A DNA stretch of 64,000 nt from Oopsacas minuta (Eukaryota > Animalia > Porifera), in the NCBI GenBank assembly GCA_024704765.1, contig JAKMXF010000035.1:3166-67165 (forward strand). Reading direction: 5' to 3'. The notes beneath the pieces are model-generated. The model saw nothing but the letters and a program-made list of their open reading frames with translations, did not search any database and had not been told where the DNA came from. Shown one piece after another: positions 50,859 through 63,366 of the stretch. The first letter of the stretch is position 1. Each line of letters begins with the position of its first letter. The translations under genes were made by a program, and so were the position numbers.

Positions 50859-52879
50859 TATTTCAATTTTACAGACACTATATATATGTATTTCCATTAA
50901 ACAGCTAAAGTAATTCCTGTACATAATGTACGAGTCATATAAGACAGTCATCGCCTGTACTCATATTTGTATTCCTGGTCTATTTCTAACAAGTTTTAAC
51001 ATAAATACGTATATCATAAACAACAAATGATAACAAGCTATTGTTTACTCTCTGCTATTTCCATAGAATCTTTCAATGTATTATCACCGAGGGTAGGAGT
51101 AGATTTTGTAAAGTTGTATATGATAAAAAGGCTGCAAACATATGCAAATAGCATTCATATTTGTTTGCAGTAGAATTGAATATAATTTAATCTTTTTGAG
51201 AAATTTAGAACATTTCTAAAGATTGCATAGTAAGGTTTAGTTCGTGTTAGCGAGGGTTTACTGCGATACATTACCACTCACCTCTGCAGAGTATGTATAT
51301 TCATACTGTGAGCCTACTGAGAAGGTAGTAGGTGTGTTGTCTGTATCAGCATCAGCTACCTTCACACTAACTAGCAGTAGCAGCAGAAAGGAGATAGACT
51401 GCTGCAGGAACATTCAAATGTAATTGTGTAGTGGGTACTTGTACGAAGCTTTCTGTATAATCTAATAAATATGTATTATATCTTATTGGATTTATCTTCC
51501 AACTTATACTTAAGATTGGACTTGGGAAGCCATTAACCTTCACAACTAAAAGATTTCCCAAAAATGAGAAATATGCAAAATCAGATAATACAAATAATGA
51601 ATATGTTCTTAATCGCTATGGAAATAATTATTGATTCCTGTATTCTGTTTATAGATTTTAGTAACAAAAAATCAATCGATCATTTGAAAATGATTTGAGA
51701 AATGAAATCCACAAGTCTGTCAGTCACAATTTGGTTCTGTTGGATTGTTGGATGGGTCAGACAATCCAACAGATTGATCGGTCCCCCCTCGGTAGGCCAC
51801 TGTATAGCAACTTCCTCAACGACTGTTTATTCACTGATATTTGATTTATATAATATCTCATAGGGATACTTTATCGTAACCGGCGTTCAAATCACTCTAA
51901 ACACATCGAAAACACAGTTTTATCGCTGTGGAATTCATACAAGTAATAGATGTACCAAAAATTAATCCAAAAGCGATATTTATTCAAATATCTCAAAATA
52001 GTAAAAAGACTTGCTTTAAGTAATTCTAGTAATAATTGTTATAATAAGAGTAGTGTCTATATTTCAATACAAAAATCTGCCAACGGCAGATATGTCCAAG
52101 GACTAACTTGATCCCCTAAGCATACATATATCAACTTACAATCTGATCGAATAACAAATTTTAGTCTAACAACTACCACAGAAATAGTCAGCCAATATTT
52201 GTAGTTAAAGCTACATTTGTGTTCTATTTGCTAGGATAAATCAAAAAAATATACTTTCCTAATACAAGTTATTGCTATAAATGCTAGTCACTTCGGATGT
52301 ATGCATATACTAACAAATATGAAGGAAAGTATTCCCAGTATGAAATCATGAAAATTGTAAGGAAGCTGTACTAAATGTAAAGCTGAGACCAGTTACTCAC
52401 GCCTTGCAGATCTCTAAAGATGTGTGATGACAGAGGAAGAGATAACATACAAGTAACACATCCTTTATTGGTATGTATACTAGACTAGAATACTTGTAAC
52501 TTGTATGTATTTAACAACACATATTACATAAATATCTTATATGAGCTAATTAACCTTAATTTACCCACTTAAAGGAGGTCTGTAGAATTCCTTTTCGTTA
52601 GGGTCATAACACTTCGGATATAATCGGTTAAAGGAGGTCTGTGAAGATAAAATCAATTCTATTCCAGCACTCAAATCGAGATTATAAAATATATCCATGA
52701 CTAAAATCACTGATGAATCGAGTCATCTGCGTGGCTTGTGAAGTGTCCTGAATGAATTCAAGTGCTAGCCTAACCAGAAAGGCAAATGTATGGTGTTCTG
52801 TAACGTTTACTATCGTCCTGGATGGAACAATCATGGCCGACATCAATTATAAGCAATAGCCTAATTCTATAATATTAAA

Positions 52880-53560
52880 TCTCAACGATTGTTTGTCGGT
52901 TGTCAAGGAAAGGATTCACGGTATGCAATTTTGAAATTGTAGCATAACTATGTAGTTATTGTGTTTATCAAGGAAGTAAATAGAATTCAATAAAACTTCA
53001 CTAAATATATGAAACATGCTGAATCCGATTATCACACTTTTGGATTAATCATATGTAAATTTATTGTTGTTTTTATGAATATAAAGTAAACAAATAAGCA
53101 AAATCTCAGAATAAATGTACTGGCTTGCTCTAAGCGGCTACATAGGGGTAACACAATACACTGAACCAGAATATCGCATTTTCAACTTTCTCATATGTAA
53201 ATTCATTGTTGTTTTTGAAATATAAAGTAAACAAATTTCAATATTGCATATATTGTTGTAGAATCATACTTTCAACGACAATACTGAGGTAATCGAGTAT
53301 GTTGGGTCCGAATATGGTATTGTAAACAACATGTTGTGAATATTTGTTTACTTTTAGGTACATAAAGTAAACAAATTTCCAAATTATGGTAGAAACACGC
53401 TTATCCTGGGGTAATCAGTATGCTGAGTAGGAATACTGTAAACAACATTAATCTAAGTAAACCTCAATGTTGTTTGTCTGTTTGTTTGTCCGTTGAATAC
53501 CTCGAGGCGTAATGCTCCGAGTTCATCGCGAAGCGACGAACCAAAGGCGCGTCCTATAAA
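52880..53560 (+). repeat. Local direct duplicate / repeat family D
   Basis: Second, shorter copy at ~54405-54790 (aaggaaaggatt..ggtatgcaattttgaaatt...gaatacctcgaggcg.aatgc.ccgagttcatcgcgaagc). Confidence 0.8.
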
Positions 53561-54791
53561 GATTCAATACAGCATATAGCGCAACCTCTATAAGAAGGCA
53601 ATTTTAGTCTATATTCATTCATTTTCATAGAAACGAATCTCTATAAGTGGAGGAGAGGGGAATGGGGTATACTATAAAGGAAATTCTCTCATCAATGAAA
53701 TTAGTTCTATAAATGGGAATTATTAGATAATATTAATGAATATTCAATTCTTGTGCTAAATTTAGAAAAAACTGGTTTCAGAGAGGATTTCTTACTAATT
53801 TGGATATTCACCATAATCCTTAAGTTGAAATAACAGTCGTTGGAGGAAGTGACTATACACATTAAATTTAATGTGGAATGAAGAGGTCATCATGACATTC
53901 ACCGGCACGATTACCCTCACTTATAGAGGTTGTACTGTAGATATCTATTCCAAAGACACAATCCTACAACCCCAGATAGTTAGACATCAGAACAACATCT
54001 GAGATTAAGTCTGAAGTTAATCTAAGGTAAATTTCATCACAAACCTCAAATAACGAATTATACACACACAACGATCAAATATCATTAATTGATTAGATAG
54101 AAGATTAGACATCGCTACAAGATACATCCAGGAGATACGAACACATAGGCACTGGATAGAGTCCGCCATGACTTGTTTAAGTTATCGTCTCCGGAACACA
54201 TACAATGCTGTTCAGGATTAATCTTAGTATAATATGGAACTAAATACTTATAATACATTATGGAACTAAAATTGATGTAAATTTATATAAGAACTGAGTT
54301 CATATTAACTTTTAGATTTATATCAAGTAACAAAAGAATTAGTATTAAACTATTCTTAGAAGAGTTATAGCTAATACGAGTATACATTGTAAAAGATAAA
54401 CAAATTCTGTTTGTTTGTCTGTTGTTAAGGAAAGGATTTATGGTATGCAATTTTGAAATTATAGCACAACTATGTATTTATCGTGTTTATCAAGGAATTA
54501 AATAGAATTAAATGAAACTTCACCAAATATATCGAACATGCTGAATCCGATTTTCACACTTTGGATTAATCATATGTAAATCTATTGTTGTTTTTATGAA
54601 TATAAAGTATACAAATTTTCAAAATTGATAGAACCATACTTTCAACGACTATACTGAGTTAATGAGGTATGCTAAGTCTGCATATTGTAAACAACATCAC
54701 TAAATCTCAATTGTTGTTTGTTTGTCTGTTGAATACCTCGAGGCGAAATGCGCCGAGTTCATCGCGAAGCAACCAGCCAAAGGCTCATTAT

Positions 54792-55467
54792 ATTAAATAT
54801 CTTTACAGATATTATAGAACTAATTAGGACAAAGTTCTTGTAATTAACATTTCATTCTTTAAACTGTTACTACAGTATTAAATTACACAATTTAGTTCCA
54901 TTATCCAACCTATTTGTTATGTTGGGTAAGGGCTTGGGTCCGTCCTTCTTTCGCTATGAATAAGACACAGTGTCACTAAGGGGTACACTATAGATACACA
55001 TATAATAGACAGTAGTGGTTAGAGGATTGAGACAGCTATTCAACTGCGTACATGGAATATGTATTCCCCTGTATATACTTGTGTATTTACTGTTATGATA
55101 AATACACATAATATAAATCCATACGGATAATATTAGAGATATATTAACGTGTTAATAGAGATCTTAATCGAGGAAATACAGTATATGTAAATTAGGTGTT
55201 AAGAATAGTTCCGCAACTTCTTCTTGACTTGATTATACTTTCAAATACATTTTAGACAAATGTGTTTATTCCATCGCTTTTGATTGTACACATGAAAACG
55301 TCTGAGGCACGACTAACGAGAGCAATTGAACTAGAGTCTACACTATGTTTAATAGGAACCAAATTGTATTACTTACATACTGTAGTTACAGTTTAAAGAA
55401 TGGAATGTTAATTACAAGAAACTTGTCCTAATTAGTTCTATAATAATATCTGTAAAGATATTTAATG
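54792..55467. mobile_element. Foldback / long-TIR element (~90-bp TIRs)
   Basis: ttaaatatctttacagatattatagaactaattaggacaaag...ctttaaactg at ~54792-54880 is inverted at ~55380-55467. No clean TSD. Confidence 0.6.
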
Positions 55468-55633
55468 TAATTATAATTTGTGTATTCTTGTATTAGCTAT
55501 AACTCTTCTAAGAATAGTTTAATACTAATTCTATTGAAACTTGATATAAATCTAAAAGTTAATATGAACTCAGTTCTTATATAAATTTACTGAAAAGATT
55601 GTTATGTATCAATTGGAACTGAGCTAAAATATT

Positions 55634-56886
55634 ATAGCAACACGAGTACCAGCAGAAGTTGAACTAATTGAGGGAAATGAGTGGGAAAGAGAACTAGAAA
55701 TTCTTGTGGAACAGGTCCAACATGAGAAAGATAAAGTACGTGACATCTTCCTACAGCTACACATTCTGTTAGCTGTCAGAGAGCAGAGTTTGTTAGTAGA
55801 ATTAGATGATGTTGTTGTACGAGCTAGGTTGGAGGTTAAGGAAAAGGTAGAAACCCTACAGGAATTACAAAAGGCCAGAGAATCGTTAGATAGAGAATTA
55901 ACTAAGAATAAACTCAGACAAGTACTACAGAAGAACTTGAGTACACTAGATGAGAAAATCAGGGAAGAGAAAGGAAAAGATGTTAATGTAAGGTGGATAG
56001 AATTGGAATGGATGAGCGAACAGCTGGAACAATCAATCATTAAGATGTGTAAGGTTGTCACTTTCAAGGAGAGACCATTCAGAACTGAGGACTATTCCAG
56101 AAAGTTACGTCCCGTATGGTCCCGTGAAGGGGCAGGTCCTAGTCCGATCAAGACTCCATGGCAAATAGCAATCGATCTAATCTCTGAGAATATATACATT
56201 GTTGATATTTATGCTTACAACATTAAGATATTCAACAAAGAAGGAGAATATCTCGACAACATACCAACCCCTGAAAATCCTTGCGGCATTACTCTAACTA
56301 ATGAATTTATTTATGTATCAGCTGAGAAAACAATTGTTAAGATACAAAGATCTAACAACAAAACAGCCAAATCAGTGAAGCTAGAGAATGATGTCTTTGG
56401 AATGGGTATATACAAAAACTATATGCTATATGTATCTGAAGAATTCAAACTATCTATACTCTTGCTTGATATGGAACTAAAAGTACAAAAACGAATAAGA
56501 CTCAAGACTCCTCACGTTACTGTTTCTACAAGCATTACTTCTATAAACTATACCAAGAGAACATGTATGTAAAATTCCATAACTCTCGCTTCCATCTACA
56601 AATATTCCGTCTAGACGGAAAGCTAGTCAGGTGTATTATTGAGAAAACAGAGATTCCGTTTTGCAATTTCTTCACGATAGATCAATTCGGGAATATTATC
56701 ACTTCTGATTACTCTGGAAATAAAACTAACATATTCTCCAATTCAGGAAAGCTAATCCATACAATCTCTAACAGTAACCCAACAGAAGATGAAATGCTTT
56801 CCAATCCTCGAGGAGTGGCTATTGACAAGAATAACAGAATTATTATTGCTCAAGATAGCCTTAAATATAACCTCATAGCATTCTAA
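55634..56886 (+). pseudogene. Coiled-coil + NHL gene, left copy of inverted duplication
   Basis: Start codon is ATA (ATG in the partner); 1-nt deletion in an A run at ~56547 splits ORFs 55706-56572 and 56563-56886. Confidence 0.88.
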
Positions 56887-58231
56887 ATTCTTGTATCTCA
56901 CTAAATTTTCGTTTTCATTATTATTTCTTAGTTATTAAACATAATGTAGACTATTATCAATACGTAACAGAGTACCTGTATATCTATACTGTACTCATAG
57001 GGGGCAGCATCGGTTCATAGGGCAAGGGACCTAGCCCTTTAATCTTAGTATAATATGGAACTAAAATACTTATAATGTAGTATGGAACTAGAATTGATCT
57101 ACAAGAAATAAATCTAAAAATAGAATCGCTTGATGATAGTATTGCTTAGAGTTTTAGCTCTACAAATCCTCTACCGCTAGCCTATTTACAGAGATCAGGT
57201 ATGTCATCATCTGGAAGTTTGGAGGCCCCCTTCACCTTACCTGCTCCTTTGGCCTTTTCTGTCCCCTTACCTCCTTAAGTTCCCCTAAGTACATCCGCTC
57301 CCTTGATCCTTTGAGAGCCATTTTCAAAAATATATTTGCGGTCCCCTGAGCTTAAAAATAGCAGTAGTTGACTGTAAAATGGGAGTAATTGATAGTAGAG
57401 GACAATTTGTAGTTAATATTATTTGTCAAGCTGAAGATCTCAATCAGGTTTGTTACACATGCAAACTGAAACTATAAAAGTGTCAAAAATGTGTGGTTCT
57501 TGTCCATATTGTTACCTTACTATACCATCAATCTGGTGTGTCAAACATTATTCACGTTTTCTTAGACATTTTCGATTTTTGAGTTATACAATAGTACCGA
57601 TTTTCACATATATACATATAGCTCCCTGGCATGTATTCAATTTACCAACTTTCTGTAGATAAAAGATGATAAATTCTTGATACAATCCACAAGTTTGAAT
57701 CCTGACAGTAAAACAGGGCAGACTGAACTGAACTATCATTGGAGGACAGTTGCAACCTGAACTTATTTTGGAAAACAGGCTAAAATGTAGAATTTCTGAT
57801 TCTGTAAACAACCTGTTTACACAAGAAGAGAGTAAACAAACAAACACACAACAGATTGATAGCCACCAACAAAATCAAGATACTATAGGCATTGTTCGTT
57901 CAGTTGGCAATCTCTTGATTGAGGTAGAACATATGCATGGAATATTAAAGAAAATATATACTCTTGTCATTGGCTTAGCATTTATTAATTTGGTGTTAAT
58001 TGTTATACTTTTACGCGCCTAAATTCCTACATTATTCACACCTTGAATTATCTGTTATATTTGAATTTAAAGGCAAACATCAACAACAACAATGATTATT
58101 CATATTGTTTACACATATTTGTATTTTTTGGGTATATTATGTGTGTATATCATAAATTATAGATTTCACATCCGTCTAATTGAACCAAATTGTGTGACTA
58201 ATAATTAACAAGGAAAATGAAATACAAGAAT

Positions 58232-59486
58232 TTAGAATGCTATGAGGTTATATTTAAGGCTAGCTTGAGCAATAATAATTCTGTTATTCTTGTCAATTGC
58301 CACTCCTCGAGGGCAATAAAGCATTTCATCTTCTGCTAGGTTACTGTTAGAGATTGTATGGATTAGCTTTCCTGAATTGGAGAATATATTAATTTCATTT
58401 CCAAGGTAATCAGGGCGATAATATTCCCGAATTGATCTATTGTGAAAAAATAGCGAAGCTCAATCCCTGTATCCTCAATAATACACCTGACTAGCTCTCC
58501 GTCTAGACGGAATATTTGTAGATGGAAGCGAGAGTTATGGAATTTTACATACATGTTCTCTTGGTATAGTTTTATAGAAGTAATGCTTGTAGAAACAGTA
58601 ATATGAGGAGTATTGAGAATTATTCGTTTATGTACTTTTAGTTCCATATCAAGCAGGAGTATTGATAAAGTGCCTAGTTCACATACATATAGCATATTGT
58701 TTGTGTATATATCCATTCCAAAAACAGAAATCTCTAGCTTCACTAATTTGGCTGTTTTGTTGTTAGATCTTCGTATCTTAACAATTGTATTACCAGCTGA
58801 TACATAAATAAATTCATTAGTTAGAGTGTAATGCCGCAAGGATTTTCAGGGGTTGGTATGTTGTCGAGATATTCTCCTTCTTTGTTGAATATCTTAATGT
58901 TGTAAGCATAAATATCAACAATGTATATATTCTCAGAGATTGGATCGATTGCTATTTGCCATGGAGTCTTGATCGGACTAGGACCTGCCCCTTCACGGGA
59001 CCATACGGGACGTAACTTTCTGGAATAGTCCTCAGTTCTGAATGGTCTCTCCTTGAAAGTGACAACCTTACACATCTTAATGATTGATTGTTCCAGCTGT
59101 TCGCTCATCCATTCCAATTCTATCCACCTCACATTAACATCTTTTCCTTTCTCTTCCCTGATTTTCTCATCTAGTGTACTCAAGTTCTTCTGTAGTACTT
59201 GTCTGAGTTTATTCTTAGTTAATTCTCTATCTAACGATTCTCTGGCCTTTTGTAATTCCTGTAGGGTTTCTACCTTTTCCTTAACCTCCAACCTAGCTCG
59301 TACAACAACATCATCTAATTCTACTAACAAACTCTGCTCTCTGACAGCTAACAGAATGTGTAGCTGTAGGAAGATGTCACGTACTTTATCTTTCTCATGT
59401 TGGACCTGTTCCACAAGAATTTCTAGTTCTCTTTCCCACTCATTTCCCTCAATTAGTTCAACTTCTGCTGCTACTCGTGTTGCCAT
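58232..59486 (-). pseudogene. Coiled-coil + NHL gene, right copy of inverted duplication
   Basis: ATG intact; 2-nt insertion at ~58825 (attacactct vs attactct) and 1-nt deletion at ~58425. Confidence 0.88.
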
Positions 59487-60747
59487 AATATTTTAGCTCA
59501 GTTCCAATTGATATCTTTACTGATATTATAGAACTAATTAGGACAAAGTTCTTATAATTATCATTCCATTCTTTAAACTGTAACTATAGTATTGATTAAT
59601 AGAATTTTGTTCCAATAATTACACAATTTCGTTCCTATTAAACATAGTGTAGACTTTAGTTCAAAGAAAGTTGAGGAACTATACCACAAAACACCTAATT
59701 TGCATATACTGTATTTCCTCGATTAAGATCTTTATTAACACGTTAATATATCTCTAATAATTATCCATATGGGTATATATATGTGTATTTATCATAACAG
59801 TAAATACACAAGTATATACAGGGGAATACATATTCCATGTACGCAGTTGAATAGCTGTCTCAATCCTCTGATCACCACTGTCTATTATATGTGTATCTAT
59901 AGTGTACCCCTTAGTGACACTGCGTCTTGTCCATAGCGAATGGCATGGCTGTAGCCATGAAAATACAAGTGGTCAGGTTAATTTGTACAACTGGAGATCA
60001 GGTCAATAATAGGTCGGAATATAATCATACGTATGTCGCAAAGAAATACAAGAAAAGTTTGTTAACTAAGAGCCTACTACGTTTACTATGCTCGGGACTG
60101 GTTAAAGATCGTTAACTTCAATTATCTCAAAACGATGTCTTTCGCCGTGTAGGCAATTGTTTTTTGAAGAAAGACTGATTCTTATGCTCTGAAAATTTAG
60201 GGAAGTATTTATACAATGTATCTGAAATCTGGACCACATTTGGAATGAATGAACGAATAATTCTCATGATATCCCACCCTAAGCCCTGCGGACTCCGGTT
60301 TTTAGCCTATTTTTGCCAGAACTCCCCTTCAAACGTTAATATCTTCTTACTAGAGAGGTACTCGGGCCTAATTGTGGTCCAGAAATTAGAACTACATATT
60401 GTTAGCATATATAACAATTTATAGGTCTTAGGCAATAGTCCTTCTTCAAAAAACAATTAGTGATATGTCCCGAACTTTAATGTTACGCCTATGGAAGGAC
60501 TTTTACCCCCTTTTCATGCCCAATTCGTAATACACACTAGATACATCGGGGTTCATGATTATTATCTCTTAGTTTAACCCGTGCAACGAGCTAGAAAACA
60601 ATAAACATGTATAATGGCATATACTTTAGAAAATAGCCCATACCGTAATAGAAAGTTCGCGGCAAGACTCACTAATTATGTAATTATTGAGTCGTTGAAT
60701 AAGAAAATAATTTAAATCAAATAGAATATTATTTATAACAAACAAAC

Positions 60748-61002
60748 CTGATTGAAGCCTATAGTGAGAAGTAATTGTTCATCACAATCAGTCTCTGTAT
60801 AAGAGTCTGACATAGTGAGGAGATTAGAGAAGGGATGGTCTGTAGAGTCATTTAGACATTCACAAGTTTTCTTGTCTAAGAAACCAGACAGGAGAGACTG
60901 TCCTGGAACTGAAGGACCCATTACCATCTGTCCGCTAGCCAGTAACTCTCCTGATCTCCTCTCGATAGCTTGAGCTACTGAGTCACCAGTTGAAGCCTCA
61001 AC
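60748..61002 (-). CDS. TXNL1: Single exon of a thioredoxin-like 1 homolog (linker + N-half of PITH domain)
   Basis: LSGFLDKKTCECLNDSTDHPFSNLLTMSDSYTETDCDEQLLLTIGFNQ matches TXNL1 (CECLNESDEH..ESDCDEQLLITVAFNQ); flanked by tttacag| and |gtttgt, phase 0/0. Other exons were not found. Confidence 0.75.
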
Positions 61003-62152
61003 CTGTAAATTCAATCATCACTTAATGATTAATTCAAATTATTATAGAATTGTAGAAATTAAGGAAACATATCATTACATGTAACTTCAAATAATGTTTC
61101 AATATCATCACTTCACATACAATCAACTTCGCTTAATCGGTACACACTGGTTCCATCTCTTTTGTCCCGATTAAGCGGAGATTTTAGAATAAAGATATGT
61201 AATAGCGGCATTTTTCTATTTTTGACGTAGATTCAGCCAAAGCTTAACCACTCTATTGTGGAGCGATAACCATACAAAGTACAAAACTCCAAACGTTTAG
61301 TGTTTTCCGTGAATCAAAATTGAAAACAATCACTTGTAAATAGAATTTGAATTAGTCAGATTAATCCCAAATTCAGTCTATATTTATACAAAATTGTACA
61401 CAAGTATCAGGCTTATTAGAATTTAGCTTTGATTGAGTTACCAATTCTCACTCGATTACCAGAGTTTGTCTCGATTAACTGAAAATATTCAGTACTAACT
61501 TGAATGGAGATGATATATACATATATTGAGTGTATATACATAGTGTGTTCACTCTCTTGTTCACACCTTTAGAGATTAATACACCAAATTTAGCTTGTAC
61601 ACTCAGTGACCTACATTCGAAATTTGAAATTATCTTGTAAATGAATTCTACCGCTGACAACAAACAACATATTTGTCCTCAAATTGCAACAACACATATT
61701 ATTAAACACACTTCCATGGTTATTTCAATATACACGATACAACAACTTCCATGAGTATACAAATTTTGAAGTCATGTGGACCCCTGCTGTCGTCTGTGGG
61801 CGACCAAGAGTCGATGTACACAAGGATAGAACAGCTGTTCAAATGCAATCCACTTTCTTAACTAATTAACGAATATTCAACTTATAGGTAATGCCCTCGT
61901 GAATACACAGATGTTTGTAAGGATTAATTTCTTACAAGTAAAGTTTAAAGATTTGAATTATCTCTCTGAACGAATAAACTATTACAAATAGAAGTAAGAA
62001 CTTTCATTAATCTGCTTACAGACACGAATACAATTAATCTGTATTCTATTACACACAAGACTGACCAGTTATACCATCTCCTATCTCTTCTATAAGTAAT
62101 GCAATTTATCTACTCAACCAATTCTACACAAATAGCAAAGCAAATTCAACAA

Positions 62153-63366
62153 ATGTCTGCAAGACTCCCAGAATTGGAAGCCCCTCTCGTAATAGACCCG
62201 ACAGAGGCGAGCATTAACAACACATTCGACCGTCTGGTACTTTGTCTCAACGATAGACGAGTACAGCTCATCAACGAGTTCAGACTGAAACAGAAGGACA
62301 AACAAGCTGCAGAAACAGTTCGCATTAAGAGTCTAGAAGAACTGTCCAACGCTAAAGCTAATCTCCAAGCACAGATGAAGCAGGACCTGCTACACTCCAT
62401 GAGAGAGAACATAATGAAGGATATCGTGACAAAGATTAAACAACTGGATGTTAAGGTGAAGGAAACAGAAGTGCGGTTTGACTGTAAGACTCAAGAGCTT
62501 GAGGAATCTATCTCTGTGTTAGGACAACTGGTAGAGAGGGAAATCATTTCAACTCCTAATTACCCCGCACTCTTACAGCCTTCTATATCAGTAGGGGAGA
62601 AATTCAATGCTGTAGGTATAGCTTATGATGAGACATCTCAGCTAATCTACGTAGCAGATGGTAATGGTAGTATCTGTGTAATATCTATCACAGGAAAATA
62701 CATTGTTTCATTCTGTAAGGGACAGGTTCATATGCCATCAGGTATAGCAATAAGTGGTGAGGATGTTTATATTAGTGATACAGGGCATCCGTGCATATTC
62801 CGGTATAAATTACCCAATTTCAATCTATAACTAAAGTAGGAAGGCATGGATCTGGTATAGGAGAGTTCCATATTCCTCGTAGCATCACAATTGCTCCCAA
62901 CAAGGACGTATTTATCACAGATAGTCATAACAACAGAGTTGTTGTTATGACACCTCAACTGAAACACAAACAATACATTACACACAACACAATGACGAGG
63001 CCATCGGACCTAAAATTCCAGGACAATAAGGTTTACATTCTGAGCTCTACAGACAATCCGTGTCTACATGTATTCAATAGTACTGGCGAAAAGCTCCGAT
63101 CATTTATTTCATGTAGTAAAGAGGGTAATGAACAAGTTGGAGGTTGCTATTCATTCTGTTTCGATAAGAAACAGAATATCATCATGGGTGACTCTTGTAC
63201 TAAAAACATAAAAGTATTCTCTCAGGAAGGATCTCTGCTACACAGACTTGGAGATACTCAAGAAGAGGACAAGAGAATCAGAACAGAGGGCATTGTAGTT
63301 ACTAGTGATAACAAAATTATTTGTGCTTCTTTTCTTACTAAATTTGCATTACACATTTTCTGTTAA
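62153..63366 (+). pseudogene. Coiled-coil + NHL gene with one frameshift
   Basis: ORF 62099-62830 joins ORF 62947-63366 via ITKVGRHGSGIGEFHIPRSITIAPNKDVFITDSHNNRVVV after a 1-nt deletion at ~62826. Confidence 0.85.

Larger units (their letters stand above)
12658..51413 (-). pseudogene. Giant 21-exon type I membrane protein gene (~5,200 codons): lipid-transfer/vitellogenin-N, helical bundle, M23-like, SAP-like, PAN, Fn3-like repeats, GH16-like, cadherin-like, EGF, TM; disrupted in this sequence
   Basis: Exons: 51413-51282, 50418-50153, 49540-49338, 43419-43082, 42960-42601, 42068-41558, 40430-40223, 39629-34784, 34172-33857, 32772-32600, 31342-30687, 30184-30035, 29393-28939, 28451-28185, 27612-27270, 26435-21241, 18290-17969, 17302-17095, 16913-16667, 16589-16240, 12778-12658. 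All introns are GT..AG and phases match once 4 frameshifts (~41744, ~39233, ~38073, ~30060) are allowed. 8 in-frame stops lie in exons 4-5. Confidence 0.85.
39231..51413 (-). other. Signal peptide + vitellogenin/large lipid transfer protein-like N-terminal region (exons 1 to start of 8)
   Basis: MFLQQSISFLLLLLVSVKVADA..FSVGSQYEYTYSAE; YPVDEHKQVLLLKKAVASSF; AVLALGSM; LIHSLGNAGHEDSF; LLRRSAVHSLR. These resemble LPD-N barrel and alpha-superhelix motifs (LKALGNAG-type). Confidence 0.7.

Noticed and set aside
51800-52300. Possible degenerate minus-strand 7TM-like paralog
   Set aside because: Only weak compositional resemblance (ILRYLNKY) with several stops.
52640-52860. IHSGHF segment resembling a ubiquitin protease His box
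   Set aside because: Short, interrupted by stops, and no Cys box found.
55624-59496. ORFs 55624-56067 (-) and 59053-59496 (+), 147 aa
   Set aside because: Antisense shadows of the NHL coiled-coil regions; many other short ORFs in the track (e.g. 38262-38705, 27016-27465, 9592-10089) are similar shadows or repeat-derived.
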